Of a DNA stretch of 64,000 bases, positions 12,903 through 23,780 are shown piece by piece; positions within the stretch are counted from its first letter, which is position 1, and every line of letters begins with the position of its first letter. This DNA is from Lepidodermella squamata. Taxonomy: Eukaryota > Animalia > Gastrotricha. Below the pieces are notes generated by a model. The model saw only the letters and a list, made by a program, of their open reading frames with translations, did not search any database and was not told the origin of the DNA. Where the stretch lies: NCBI GenBank assembly GCA_047495785.1, contig JBLDXI010000074.1, positions 186,001-250,000 on the forward strand, in the 5' to 3' direction. The translations under genes were made by a program, and so were the position numbers.

Positions 12903-14363
12903 ACAACTGGATAGACTGATTTTTCATCGATTTTCTATATATCAGCAAAATTTGATGACTGCTAGGAATTATATCAAAAACAATCTGTGCATTCGTTATG
13001 ATACATGGCTGTAATCAGCTGTTTTTGTTTTACGCTCGAAAATTGTGTCCGCGATTCATATCATTTCACTGTTCCAAAAATTCAGATATAACAACTCTTG
13101 AATATACTTTCTATATATCAACATTCCACCAGGAATTCCATTATTTTACTTTACTTTTTTCTAGAACTGATGTTTTTACTCGGTGTGTTGGAACAGTACC
13201 AAAGAAAGGCCGTTTTCTTAGCTAGTTTCAAGTCGACCTGAAGAGTCCCTCAAGAGCTGAGGGGAATGATTTTTAATTCAACGGTGCGTCAATTCCGAAC
13301 TTAAAAGAGCCTTGTTTCTCTGTCAAGGTGGGCCATAAGGTGGTGGCTATTTACCCAACCTGGAGATCTTATAAGGCTGAAACAGAGACATGATTTCCTA
13401 TATGAACTGTTTATCGTGATTATTTATTTGCCTCAACTCGTTTATATGGCTCTGAAAATTGAAAAAAGCAACTCGTGAAGCCCTTTTTCTGAATCCATCG
13501 GCCAATAGTTTAAGAAGAAATTCAATAATAAGCGCGGAGCCAGCTAAAAACCAATGGAGGTTGCGTACTTTATCTCCAATCGTTGATGACTCAGCTGGCC
13601 ATCTGACGCCCATGGCGTGGCACCCCTTTTCTCGCAAATAAGCAAGTCTATATTAAATTATGTCTATAGTACTATAAGCGGATTGCCAAGCTATTTGTTT
13701 ATTTGAAAATTTAGTCGTTGAAAGTTTCCTCGAAAGCTGAAAGGGTAAGACGATTAGTCGCGGGGAAGAGAAATTTTGCGATATTTGTTTATGAGGCGAT
13801 TAACTTGCTCATTTGAATCCGATAAAGGTATCTGGGATTTTTTGCATAATGACAGCGGTTCGTTTTTAGATCAAAGTATTACGATTTCACTATAGTGACT
13901 GAGTTGAAACTGAGTTGAAACTCATTTTTGGGAGCTTCGAATTCGAGTAATAATCAGTTGCGATTTAAGCACTAATCTGCTCACTTTTTTGCGAATTTCG
14001 AGTTGTTTTCGCCCTGAGTTCAAATAAATTTCCAATTGGTCCAACATATTTTCTCTATTATCGGCCCGGCGCTAATTCTAGACCAAGCTTCGGATGTTTT
14101 TGGAATTGTTTGCAATTTTTTTCACTTATTTTTCGATCGATTAAACCTTAAGGTTTTTATTTTATTTACGTCAGGTATATAGAATTACAATGTGGGCTAC
14201 CAGTGTTGCTGATCACGGAAATTTCATCGGAAAATCGAAAGAGTAAATTGATAATTGATACTTATTGGCTATGTAGGCTGGTGTAAAATCTTGAAATAAT
14301 GATAGAAATTAGTTCTATCAGCATGATTTTCAACTTTTTGCCTTTAGAAGATTATTAACGATA

Positions 14364-16106
14364 ATGAGAATTTTAATTGAGTTCGGTTATTGCCCACCAG
14401 CAAGGCGTGGTCCAGTCTCGGAAAATGACAATCATTGTAGCTATCAAGAAACCGCCGAAGGACCTCCTGAGCTTGAAATAAAAAACTTGAAAAAATCGGA
14501 CCAAATCGTCACCCTCCAGTCGGTCATTTTTAACGAAAGGCGTATCCTGCCCGAGTTTCAACAAATTCTGTATGATGACCGATTGCTGCAGCCTGATCAA
14601 ACCATGGACGAAATTCAACCAGCTGAAGACTCTGCTCAGGAGGTTATCAACTTAACCTGCCAATCGCTGGTAGTTTTTCTTGCGATTGCGCCTTATCCGA
14701 AATTTCAAAACGATTTATCTGGACTGCCGGAAATGCCCGGTTCTACGTTGGTCCGAGACCTGAAAGAAGCGATCAGGAAACGATTGCCAGATCCGTCCAA
14801 GGAAATCAGCCTATTTCGGGGTAAGGGTTTTTTCGAAGAGCTGGATGAAAATCGAATGATTGGCTACTACAAAAATCGGGAAAATGAGCTGGAAATTTCA
14901 GCTAAACTGTTCATGAACCCCGATTACTTCAAGATTTTTCTTGAGCTTCCTTCGGAAAAATTGATTGGATTGTTTGTTCACCCGACCGATTCAATCGGAA
15001 TGACCAAAGATCGAATTAAAGATGCCTTCGGCATTTCAGGAAAAGTTGATTTCGGTCTAAAACATGGAGGGAAATTACTCGAAGATGACGACTTTCTGTT
15101 CTCTGTCAATTTGAAACCTTTCATGCTGCTGAAAGTTGTTCTCGATGAGCCTGGAAAAAGCTTCGAGATGACTATCAAAATGCCGAACTCGAGGAAGAAC
15201 TTCAAACTTCGCGATATCAAAATTTCGCAAACGATTGCTGACCTGAAAAAACGAATCAGCGCTGCTACTTCAATGCCTCCGAGTTCGTATCGCTTGATTA
15301 GAAAGTCGCCAACTGAAAAATGGTTAATCGATGATGTAATTACGCTGTTTGAGCATGGAATCTACAACCCGGTCGAGCAGATTGAAATACGGGACAATAA
15401 CGCGTTTTTCATTGTCAATGAAGATGTTGGCGAATTTTTCATCGAACCGGCGGATTTAAACATGAAAATTATCGATTTGCAGAAGAAAATTGAGGCGATC
15501 AAAGGCGTGCCGGTAAATGCTCAAAGTCTGTCTTTCAATGGCGAATCGATTGATAAGTTTCCTGGAGACCTGGCCTCTTTTGGCTTGATCGGCCGAATGG
15601 CGAAAATCGAGCTGAAAATTGTCGATATTCCTGTCAAAATTAGCGCTGGATCTGCCATTTTAGTGACTAAAGCTCGCCTATCACCTTCGTTTTCCAAATT
15701 TGAGTTCAATTGGGAAGTTCTGGAGCCATTTATTCAGATATCTGAACCTCACGATCTAATCTATGGCTTTGAAACTTTCTACAAACTCAACCAAAGTTGC
15801 TTTCGATTCGCCCATAATGACGAAATTCGTATCCGGCCAAGGCAACCGCCATCTGTTCCTGTAGATCAAGGCGGCTTGGGGCTTGCTGTGAAGTTGCAAG
15901 ATGGCCGAGTTCACAACGTTCGGGCAGATTACAATGACACGGTTCGGACGCTGATGGAGAAGCTGGCCTATGTTGAAGGGATTCCTGTCGACCACATTCG
16001 GCTGATTTTCGCCGGCAGGCTGCTGGAAGACCGGCAGACCCTTAATGAGTGTAACATTGTGAAAGGTTGTACGTTGCAATTGGTTGTCAGGTTACGCGGC
16101 TGTTGA
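14364..16106 (+). CDS. Multi-UBL copy 4 (580 aa, ends VRLRGC)
   Basis: Full-length paralog of copy 3; EGIPVDHIRLIFAGRLLED. Confidence 0.93.
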   Translation: MRILIEFGYCPPARRGPVSENDNHCSYQETAEGPPELEIKNLKKSDQIVTLQSVIFNERRILPEFQQILYDDRLLQPDQTMDEIQPAEDSAQEVINLTCQSLVVFLAIAPYPKFQNDLSGLPEMPGSTLVRDLKEAIRKRLPDPSKEISLFRGKGFFEELDENRMIGYYKNRENELEISAKLFMNPDYFKIFLELPSEKLIGLFVHPTDSIGMTKDRIKDAFGISGKVDFGLKHGGKLLEDDDFLFSVNLKPFMLLKVVLDEPGKSFEMTIKMPNSRKNFKLRDIKISQTIADLKKRISAATSMPPSSYRLIRKSPTEKWLIDDVITLFEHGIYNPVEQIEIRDNNAFFIVNEDVGEFFIEPADLNMKIIDLQKKIEAIKGVPVNAQSLSFNGESIDKFPGDLASFGLIGRMAKIELKIVDIPVKISAGSAILVTKARLSPSFSKFEFNWEVLEPFIQISEPHDLIYGFETFYKLNQSCFRFAHNDEIRIRPRQPPSVPVDQGGLGLAVKLQDGRVHNVRADYNDTVRTLMEKLAYVEGIPVDHIRLIFAGRLLEDRQTLNECNIVKGCTLQLVVRLRGC

Positions 16107-16629
16107 GGGTGTCACTCAAAACTTTTTTCCTTATATCGCTTGGTGTTTCGACAAATCCAGCGATGTTCTGTTGTGATATAATGCTTACACGCCTCATAAC
16201 TCTCAAATAACTGACAAATTACAAGTGGGAAAAATTGTGATTTGCTATAGATTTCTCGTTATTTGCTGCTAATTTCTGGCACCGCAGTGGCCCAGATGAA
16301 TTATTAGGTCAAAGAACAAGGCGTCAGACTGTATATTAAAATGACTATATTAGGCTATTATTAAATCGTGCTATCTATTCCTGTTATGCATTGATCGCAA
16401 TTCTCTCAAAAAAAATCTGAAAAATCACGAAAATTCTCTAATTAATTAGAAACCTTCTTCAAAGCTTGCTTCGATTAATTTGAATTACCTATAGGTAAAT
16501 GCTTACCATGATGTCAATTTTTAAGCTGTTTTATAACTTTTCTTGGGTGTTTAAATTCCTGTCACTTAAACATTTAAAATTCAATAAAATTCAAAATGCA
16601 GTTTCTAAAAAATTTGACTTTTTTATAGA

Positions 16630-16800
16630 ATTGCTAAATATCAGTTTGAATATTACACTGGATTTTGACCGTCGTCCGCCAAAGGTAAGATTTCATAGCT
16701 GAAGATAATTCAATTTAGATTGATTCGAGCCAACTTTTTTCAGTGAAATCGATCATTGACAACCAGCGGGAAATTCCTATTCAGTTCAAACTTTGACGTG
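16630..16800 (+). pseudogene. Relict of first UBL domain
   Basis: LNITLDFDRRPP and VKSIIDNQREIPIQF resemble the N-terminal domain of copies 4/5; interrupted by stops. Confidence 0.45.
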
Positions 16801-19800
16801 TTGATGAACAAAGAGTAAATCGAAAAAAGTTTAGTAGAAGATTTCTCATTTCCGGAAAGCTTACAAATTTGAAGAATAAATTCATGTGTTGCCTGGATTT
16901 TCTATGAAATTTGTTAGCTAATCTCGATTCCGGAATTATTCGCTTTAAGATTGAGAAATATTAATTTTAAATTATTTTGGCATCAATCTCTTTGTTTTTT
17001 AAGAATTAAATTTTAACTCGACGGAGAAACTCGGCGGCTAAACTCTGAATTGATTCCGAAAAACTTTCGGCTTTCGGAAAATTGACTATTTATTTGCGAA
17101 TTTATTTGTTCCAAATACCTTGCTCCACATTTTTGTTTCCAAAGTGATCTGATTTTAGTTATTAGCTTGCTCCTCAGCAACATGCAGTTATATAAACTTT
17201 GCGTTTTTTAGACCATCCTTTATTATAATGAGAATTATAATCGAGTTCGATTATTGCCCGCCAGCAAGGCGTGATCCATCCCTAGAATACGAAAGTAGTC
17301 TCAGTTATGCGGAAAGAGCCGCCGAATCTCCTCCTGCGCTCGAAATAACAAGCCTAACTAGCACGGACAAAGTCGTCACCCTTCAAGCGATGATCCAAAA
17401 TGAGAGAGAAGTTCCTATGGAATTTCAACAGTTATATTTTAATGATGAATTGCTTGAACCGGGTCAAACTTTCGGCGAAATTCTTCAAGCGGGAGATTCT
17501 CAGGAATGTTTCACGTTAATCACGTTAATTCACTGTGAATCCCGGGTTATATTTATAGCTATTCTGAAAATTTCGAAGAAAGTAGATTTGTCCGGGGTTG
17601 AAATGCCCGCTTCCGCCTTGGTCCGTGACTTGAAAAAAGCCGTCAGGAAAAGATTGCCAGATCCTTCGAAGGAAGTCAGCCTCTTTAAGGGCAAGGGGTT
17701 TGTCGAAGAGCTGGACGAAAATCGAACTATTGGCTACTACAAAAGTCGAGAAAACGAGCTGACTATTTCTGCGAAAATCGTCGATAATGAAAATTATTTC
17801 AAAATTTTCATCAAATTTCCGTCCGCATGCCGTCTGGCCCCAATGATCGTTCACCCAACGGATACAGTCGCTATGGTCAAAGACCGGATAAGGGACTTCT
17901 GCAGCCTTTCAGGCGAAGTCGATTTCGACTTGAAAAATCGATCGAAGATTCTTGAACCGAATGACTTTCTATTTTCAGTCAATTTGGCGCCACTAATGGT
18001 GCTGAATGTTGTTTTGAAACCTACCGAATGCTTCGAAATTACGCTGAAACTGCCGAATTCTCGAAAAAGTTTTAAACTTCGCGATATTCGGACCAGCCAA
18101 ACGGTTGCTGAATTGAAAGAAAAAATTCGCGTTGCAACTTCTATGCCGCCAAGCTCATATCGGCTGATTCGAACTAATCCGACTGAACAATGGCTCATAG
18201 CGGACCAAACTACGTTATCCGAATATGGGATTGTCAATCCAAGTGACCAACTGGCCCTTGTGGATAACAACGCTTTGTTGATTTCGAGCCAGGATTTCGG
18301 AGACTTCTTCGTCGAAGTGGCCGATTTGAACTTGAAAATTCCGGAGTTGAAAGCTAAAATCGAAAGAATTAAAGGCGTCCCGGTTAAATCTCAGTCGCTA
18401 TTTTTCAACGGTGAATCAATCGAAAAATTTCCTGGGGATTTGGCCTCCTTCGGTCTGATTGGTCGAATGTCGAAAATCGAGCTGAAAATCGTGGCTTCTT
18501 TCAATGTATTGTATTGTATTGTATTGTATTGTATTTTATTTTCCAAATTCAATCAAAAATAATTACAGAATTTAAGGTTAACAATCATTGAGGAAAATGG
18601 ATTAGAATACAAAGGGCAAGTTCTGCCACTTACATGTACCTACATTATAACATATTTTCATAGCGCGCAAAGTGGATAATGTTTACAGTATTGAGCTGCG
18701 AAGATGACTAGAAAGATCACAAGTCATAAGCTTATGTTTGAAAATAACAGAATTATTAGAAGATACTATATCGTTTGACAATTTATTCCAGATCGGAGCT
18801 AGTCGGTTTACAAATGAGAAGCGATATTGGTCAGTTCTACAAGTTTGTATAACTAGTTTGAAGGAATGATTAGAACGAGTGACGTTAGAATTAAATTTTA
18901 GCTTGTCAGAAAGATTACAGCGAACTTCATTTTTTATAATTTTGAACAGTAAGACCAGGTCAGCTCTCAAGCGTCGCAGTTCAAGAGATGGAATATGGAG
19001 CTGTTGTAGTCGTAAAGAGTATGAGGGTCGTGGATCAGATATTTTTCTACAGAATAGGCGACGAGTGAAGTAAGATTGAACTTTTTCGATTTTATTAATT
19101 AACGTTTTCGTGTAGGGAGACCAGATCGGGGACGCATAATCAAGAAGAGGTCGCACGTATACACAGTAGGCGCGAACTAGCGTAGCTTTATCGCGAGATT
19201 TGAAGGCACGAAAGATAAGGTTGATACGTTGCATCGATTTCTTTACTATAGAGTCAATATGGTCACAAAAAGAGAGACGATCGTCAATCAGGACCCCTAG
19301 GTCCCTGATGGAATTGACTTTACCAAGAGAGTGATCGCCAATTTTATATTCAGTTTTTGGATTATTTTTACCAAGATGTAAGCATGCACATTTCGAAACA
19401 GAGAGTTGAAGTTGCCAGCAGGAAGTCCAATCATAAACTCGATCGAGTGCACGATTCATTTCTATTGGACTAGCGTCATCATTCAAAAACATTACGTAGA
19501 GTTTACAGTCATCTGCGAATAAACGGATTTTAATGTTTCCCGGTAGATTCTCGTGAATGTCATTTATAAAAAGGAGGAAGAGAAGGGGCCCCAGGACAGA
19601 GCCCTGGGGAACCCCGCTAGTAACGTCGCATTTTTCACTCTTTTTCTTGTTGACAATAACGGACTGAGTTCGATCAAGCAAAAAATTTTCGATCCAACAC
19701 AAAGGTTTGCCGGAGATTCCATAAGATTTCAGCTTAGCAACGAGTTTTTTATGTGAAACCGTGTCTATTACACTACATATTGGGTAGTTTACCAGATTCG

Positions 19801-21014
19801 AAGGAAAGTTTTAAGAGAGAAGTTATCGGCATGGCGAGTTCGTTGCTTAGTTCTTTATAGAACGCTGTCGGAAGTCCATCAGGGCAGATCGCATAGGAAT
19901 TTTTTAGTTCATTTATAGCACAACGCACCTTTTTTTCAGTAATACTAATAGAGGTAAAAACTTGATCGCCATTGACACGTTTAGGGAGAGGAGGAGTTAC
20001 GTTATTATCTTTTGTGAAGACGGATGAGAATTGTTCATTCAGAACGGTAGCTTTCGAAAGGTCGTCAAGTACATAATTTCCATGCGAGTTTAGTAATGGA
20101 GGGATATCAACACGATCTTTAATTTGAGAGTTTACATAGTTGTAAAAATCAGAGAGTTTATTAGAAGAGATTACTTCATGTTCCTTTTGACGGTAGAATT
20201 TTTTCAAGGCAGAGTCATAAAGAGTACTGAGGCGTTTGTAGTTCGAGATAAGTTGTGCGTTCTGTTTGTTTTTCTTGAGTTTGCGCCACGCATTGGCTTT
20301 TTTTGATTCAAGCCGGCGAATATTTTTAGGATAGCGACTCATTCTTTTTTCGCCAGACGATTTAGGCACAAACTCGTCGACCAACTTCATAAGTGTATCA
20401 ATGAAAAATTTCCAAGCCAAGTCGACGTCAGAGCATTTGTCAAGAATCGTGGAGAAGTCAACTTTCGCTAAAGCTGTTTTCAGACCGTTGTAATCACATT
20501 TACGAAAGTTGTAGTTGCAGAGAGCGTTAGTATTTGAGGCAATGTTTGTAGCATTTTCAGAAGAAGGGAGGCTAATTTTGAAGTTGAGAGATAGATGATC
20601 GCTTTTCCCGATGGGGGAGTCAGATTTAACGTCGAAAACACGATGGGAAGCATTAGTAGCAATAATGTCTAATAAGTTATCTCCCCGAGTGGGAAACGAG
20701 ACGAGTTGAGTTAACGAATTTTCAGTGCAAAAATCGGAGAAATTTGTGGTAAGTGAGTTTTCATTTTCAGAGACGTAGATTCGATTCCAATTCATTTCAG
20801 GCAGATTAAGATCTCCTATCATCACGGTAGGCCATGCACAATCAACAAGTTCGTTACAGCATTGAATAAGTTTCTTAAGGTAGTAAGCGTCGTTGTAAGG
20901 CGGACGGTAAAAACCTATGATGCGCACTTTTTCTTTCTCGTACACCACATCAACGCAACATATTTCCACATCATTGAATGCATCTTTTATCGGAACGTTT
21001 ATCACATGGTAATC

Positions 21015-21823
21015 GCACATTTCCCCATCCGCCGGTGTTTCCTCCGCGCGCGCGCTCCCATTGGCTGGGCCTTGTTGCGCAACAACTAAGATAATTACAG
21101 CCTTCGTGCGCGCGCGCACGGACGAGAGCAAAGACGACTGCGCCCTGCGCTGAGTCAGCGAAATGCTTTCAAGAAAATAAAAAAGCTTAAATTAAGGCAG
21201 ATTTTGTTGTCGAAAAATTCGAAAAAATTTGGATTATCTTATATTTGTCTGATATGATTTGGCTGTATCAAAAAATATTGCATGAGCACGTCTACTAACA
21301 CTATATTTTTGAAACGAATGCTATATTTATCGATTGAATAGAAAATAGAAATAGTGCGCGCGCGCAAAATTCAAATTTAACCCAACAAATTGCGAAAGCG
21401 AAAAGCGAAAAGCGCATGAGCAATTTTCAGTGTATTAGGGGTAATTTCATCAAAATATATCTTGAGACTCTAACCATTTGATTATTTTCGCGCTACATCG
21501 AATTGATTGCTTTGAAATATTTTTCAGTGCCCTGTAAGGCATCATTATTTCTCGCATATCTTCTTGATTTGCAATTTTTTGAAACTTGGTACTAATTGCT
21601 AATTGAAAAATGTACTCTCGATGCCCGCGCTTCACATGATATACTGGACTTGTTCAATTCGGGCTAGCTGACTTGTGGTTTTCTTGTAATTTTGCAGCGC
21701 GCGCGTAGAAAGCTGCAATTATTTGTTGCGCAATAAATGCGCGCGACGTGCGGTTACGCGTAAAATCAACCAACCAATAGGAATGCGCGCGTGGAGGAAA
21801 CACCGGCGGATGGGGAAATGTGC
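21015..21823. mobile_element. Non-autonomous DNA transposon (Mutator-like MITE) nested in the LINE endonuclease
   Basis: TIRs gcacatttccccatccgccggtgtttcctcc / ggaggaaacaccggcggatggggaaatgtgc. Perfect 9-bp TSD atggtaatc at 21006-14 and 21824-32. Confidence 0.93.
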
Positions 21824-22099
21824 ATGGTAATCAGATTTTACAAATATAGCAACACCACCACCTCTAGCAGGTCTGTCGTTTCTTGTTACGTGATAAAATT
21901 TCGCACCCAACATAGCGTTGGTAATTGAGCTATTAAGCCACGTTTCACAAATAACAATTATGTCATAGAGTGATTTTTCAAGAACACGTCTAAGCAGATG
22001 AGTTTTATTCTTGACACTACGAGCGTTAGCATAGAAGCAATGTAGATATTTTGAGATAATATTACGAAGTTTTTTATTTACAGAACTTGCCGAAAGGCC

Positions 22100-22768
22100 C
22101 TAGCCGCGGCCGCCTTTTCCTTTGGTTTTCGGGAGCTTGCCATCATCGATTTCCACCAGCTTTGACTCCTTGAAGGAGAAAGTCCAGTTGCCGTCGGATG
22201 TAACCAACTCGAATCCATCATTAGACCAGCCATAAACCAACTTGGGATTAGCCGTTTTCATCTCGGTCAGTTTAAGATAGAGCATCTTGTTCAAGGCCGA
22301 TCTTAATTTCGTCTTGAAAGGTTTCACGACCGGGCCATTTTCCGGTTTAGTTTTCTTCCAGTCCTGGGTCACAGACAAGGCCAGTTCAGGTCCATGTGGG
22401 CCTAGGATGGTCACTTTCACAGGGCGTCCTTTAGCGTCCTTCTTTGTTTGATCGGTTCTCGTACCAAACCGAACACAGCGGAGATCAGCATCTTCAAGAG
22501 CCGGAACCGCTGCTTTGATGACTTCATCAAGTTCTTCGTCGTTCTTCTCCTTGCCAGGAAGAGTTACCATGATAACATTTTTCAGATTGTTCTCCTCACA
22601 GGCGTTGAGTTTAATTGTAAGTTCGTCGACTTTATTGGTGAGTTCGTTACACTCAGTTTTAACAGTATCGAGTTCGTTGCGAAGACTAGTTATTATATCG
22701 GTGAGCTTTTGTACAGCCGTATTGACGATGTTCGAAATTTGTTCGAGGTCACCTTTTGTTAGAGGCAT
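22100..22768 (-). CDS. LINE ORF1 protein (222 aa)
   Basis: N-terminal heptad coiled coil, then RFG...RPVKVT motif typical of CR1/L2 ORF1; lies directly upstream of the APE domain. Confidence 0.8.
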   Translation of the reverse strand: MPLTKGDLEQISNIVNTAVQKLTDIITSLRNELDTVKTECNELTNKVDELTIKLNACEENNLKNVIMVTLPGKEKNDEELDEVIKAAVPALEDADLRCVRFGTRTDQTKKDAKGRPVKVTILGPHGPELALSVTQDWKKTKPENGPVVKPFKTKLRSALNKMLYLKLTEMKTANPKLVYGWSNDGFELVTSDGNWTFSFKESKLVEIDDGKLPKTKGKGGRG

Positions 22769-23780
22769 TAGTATGCTGGCATTAGTATGTCAAAATTCAG
22801 ACTGGCTTCGCTATTTTAGTGGCGAAAGTTAACCTATCAAGTCCTATCAGTCCAAGTTCAACATCAATTTGGATGGTTTAGGGATGTACCTGGATAAATC
22901 TGAGCATTTTTATGAAATATACCGGGGACAAATCGCCTACTCGTTAATCGCAAATCGCATAATGATGAAATCTATATGGAGCCAAGAAAGCCGCCGACTA
23001 TTCCTGTTAATGAAGGCTGGTTGGATCTAAGCATGAAATTGCCCGATGACAGAATTTGCAAAATTAATGCGGACCCCGAGGAGACGATCGATTCCGTAAA
23101 GGAGAAGATCTATCACATCGAAGGCGTTCCAACCGAACAGATTAGGCTGATTTTCGCCGGTAAACAATTGGAAGACGGACGATCTCTCAAGGATTATAAC
23201 ATCACGCGAGGATCTTTGCTGAATTTGGTTATCAGATTACGTGGCTGTTGAGCTTTCTTATGAAATTTTGTCGTATTTCACAAACTTACGACCAGTTTTA
23301 TTCGCTTTGGTACAGATTCAGATTTCCTTCTTGATCGTTATTTGAATTTCATTAGTTGTTCTTCGATTTTCACATGTTTGCGCTTTTCTTCTGAATTCCA
23401 GTTTTTTACGAATTCGAATTTTACGAATTTTCTGGGATCAGTCTGTTTCCTGATATACCTTTCGCTGAAGATCTCGTGAACGACGGAACGGTAATATAGC
23501 ATCCTGCCAGAATTGTTGGGCCTGTCCTTTAGAATTTAGAAATTTCGTTACATTTTCCGAAATCGCTGCTTGTTTAGGTTTGCACACCACTGGATTAATA
23601 TAAAAACGGGGGTCAGCTTATCACTTATCAGGTCGCAACTGCTGCTTGTAAATGCGGGGAACGGCACCGATAAGACAGTGACTCTGAACATGTTTGCAAA
23701 TAGGTGTGTTCTTTGGGCTTTATTATCACAGTATTTTTCATAATAGTCGTTGCATCTTCCTTGCATTTAACAGCCTTTAG

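Larger units (their letters stand above)
18508..22786 (-). mobile_element. Non-LTR retrotransposon (CR1/L2-type LINE), near full length but defective
   Basis: ORF1 22768-22100 (coiled coil). ORF2 APE endonuclease (YANARS, ICETWL, GGGVAIF, GDLN, LD, SDH) and RT (GVPQGSVLGPLLF, LFADD). 3' AATAAA plus (TACAA)n tail. ATGT on both flanks (18504-07, 22787-90). Stop and internal deletion at about 19770. Confidence 0.95.
17228..23251 (+). pseudogene. Multi-UBL copy 5, split by a LINE insertion (5' part 17228-18507, 3' part 22791-23251; ends IRLRGC)
   Basis: KIELKIVASFN|VKIQTGFAILVAK is restored when the insert is removed. The 3' part has further frameshifts and a small deletion. Confidence 0.9.

Noticed and set aside
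18505-18562. Hydrophobic Cys-rich tail VLYCIVLYCILF on the 444-aa ORF as a membrane anchor
   Set aside because: It is the translation of the LINE (TACAA)n tail in antisense.
19773-21131. 452-aa ORF as an independent gene
   Set aside because: It is LINE ORF2; its first ~40 residues are read from the inserted MITE.
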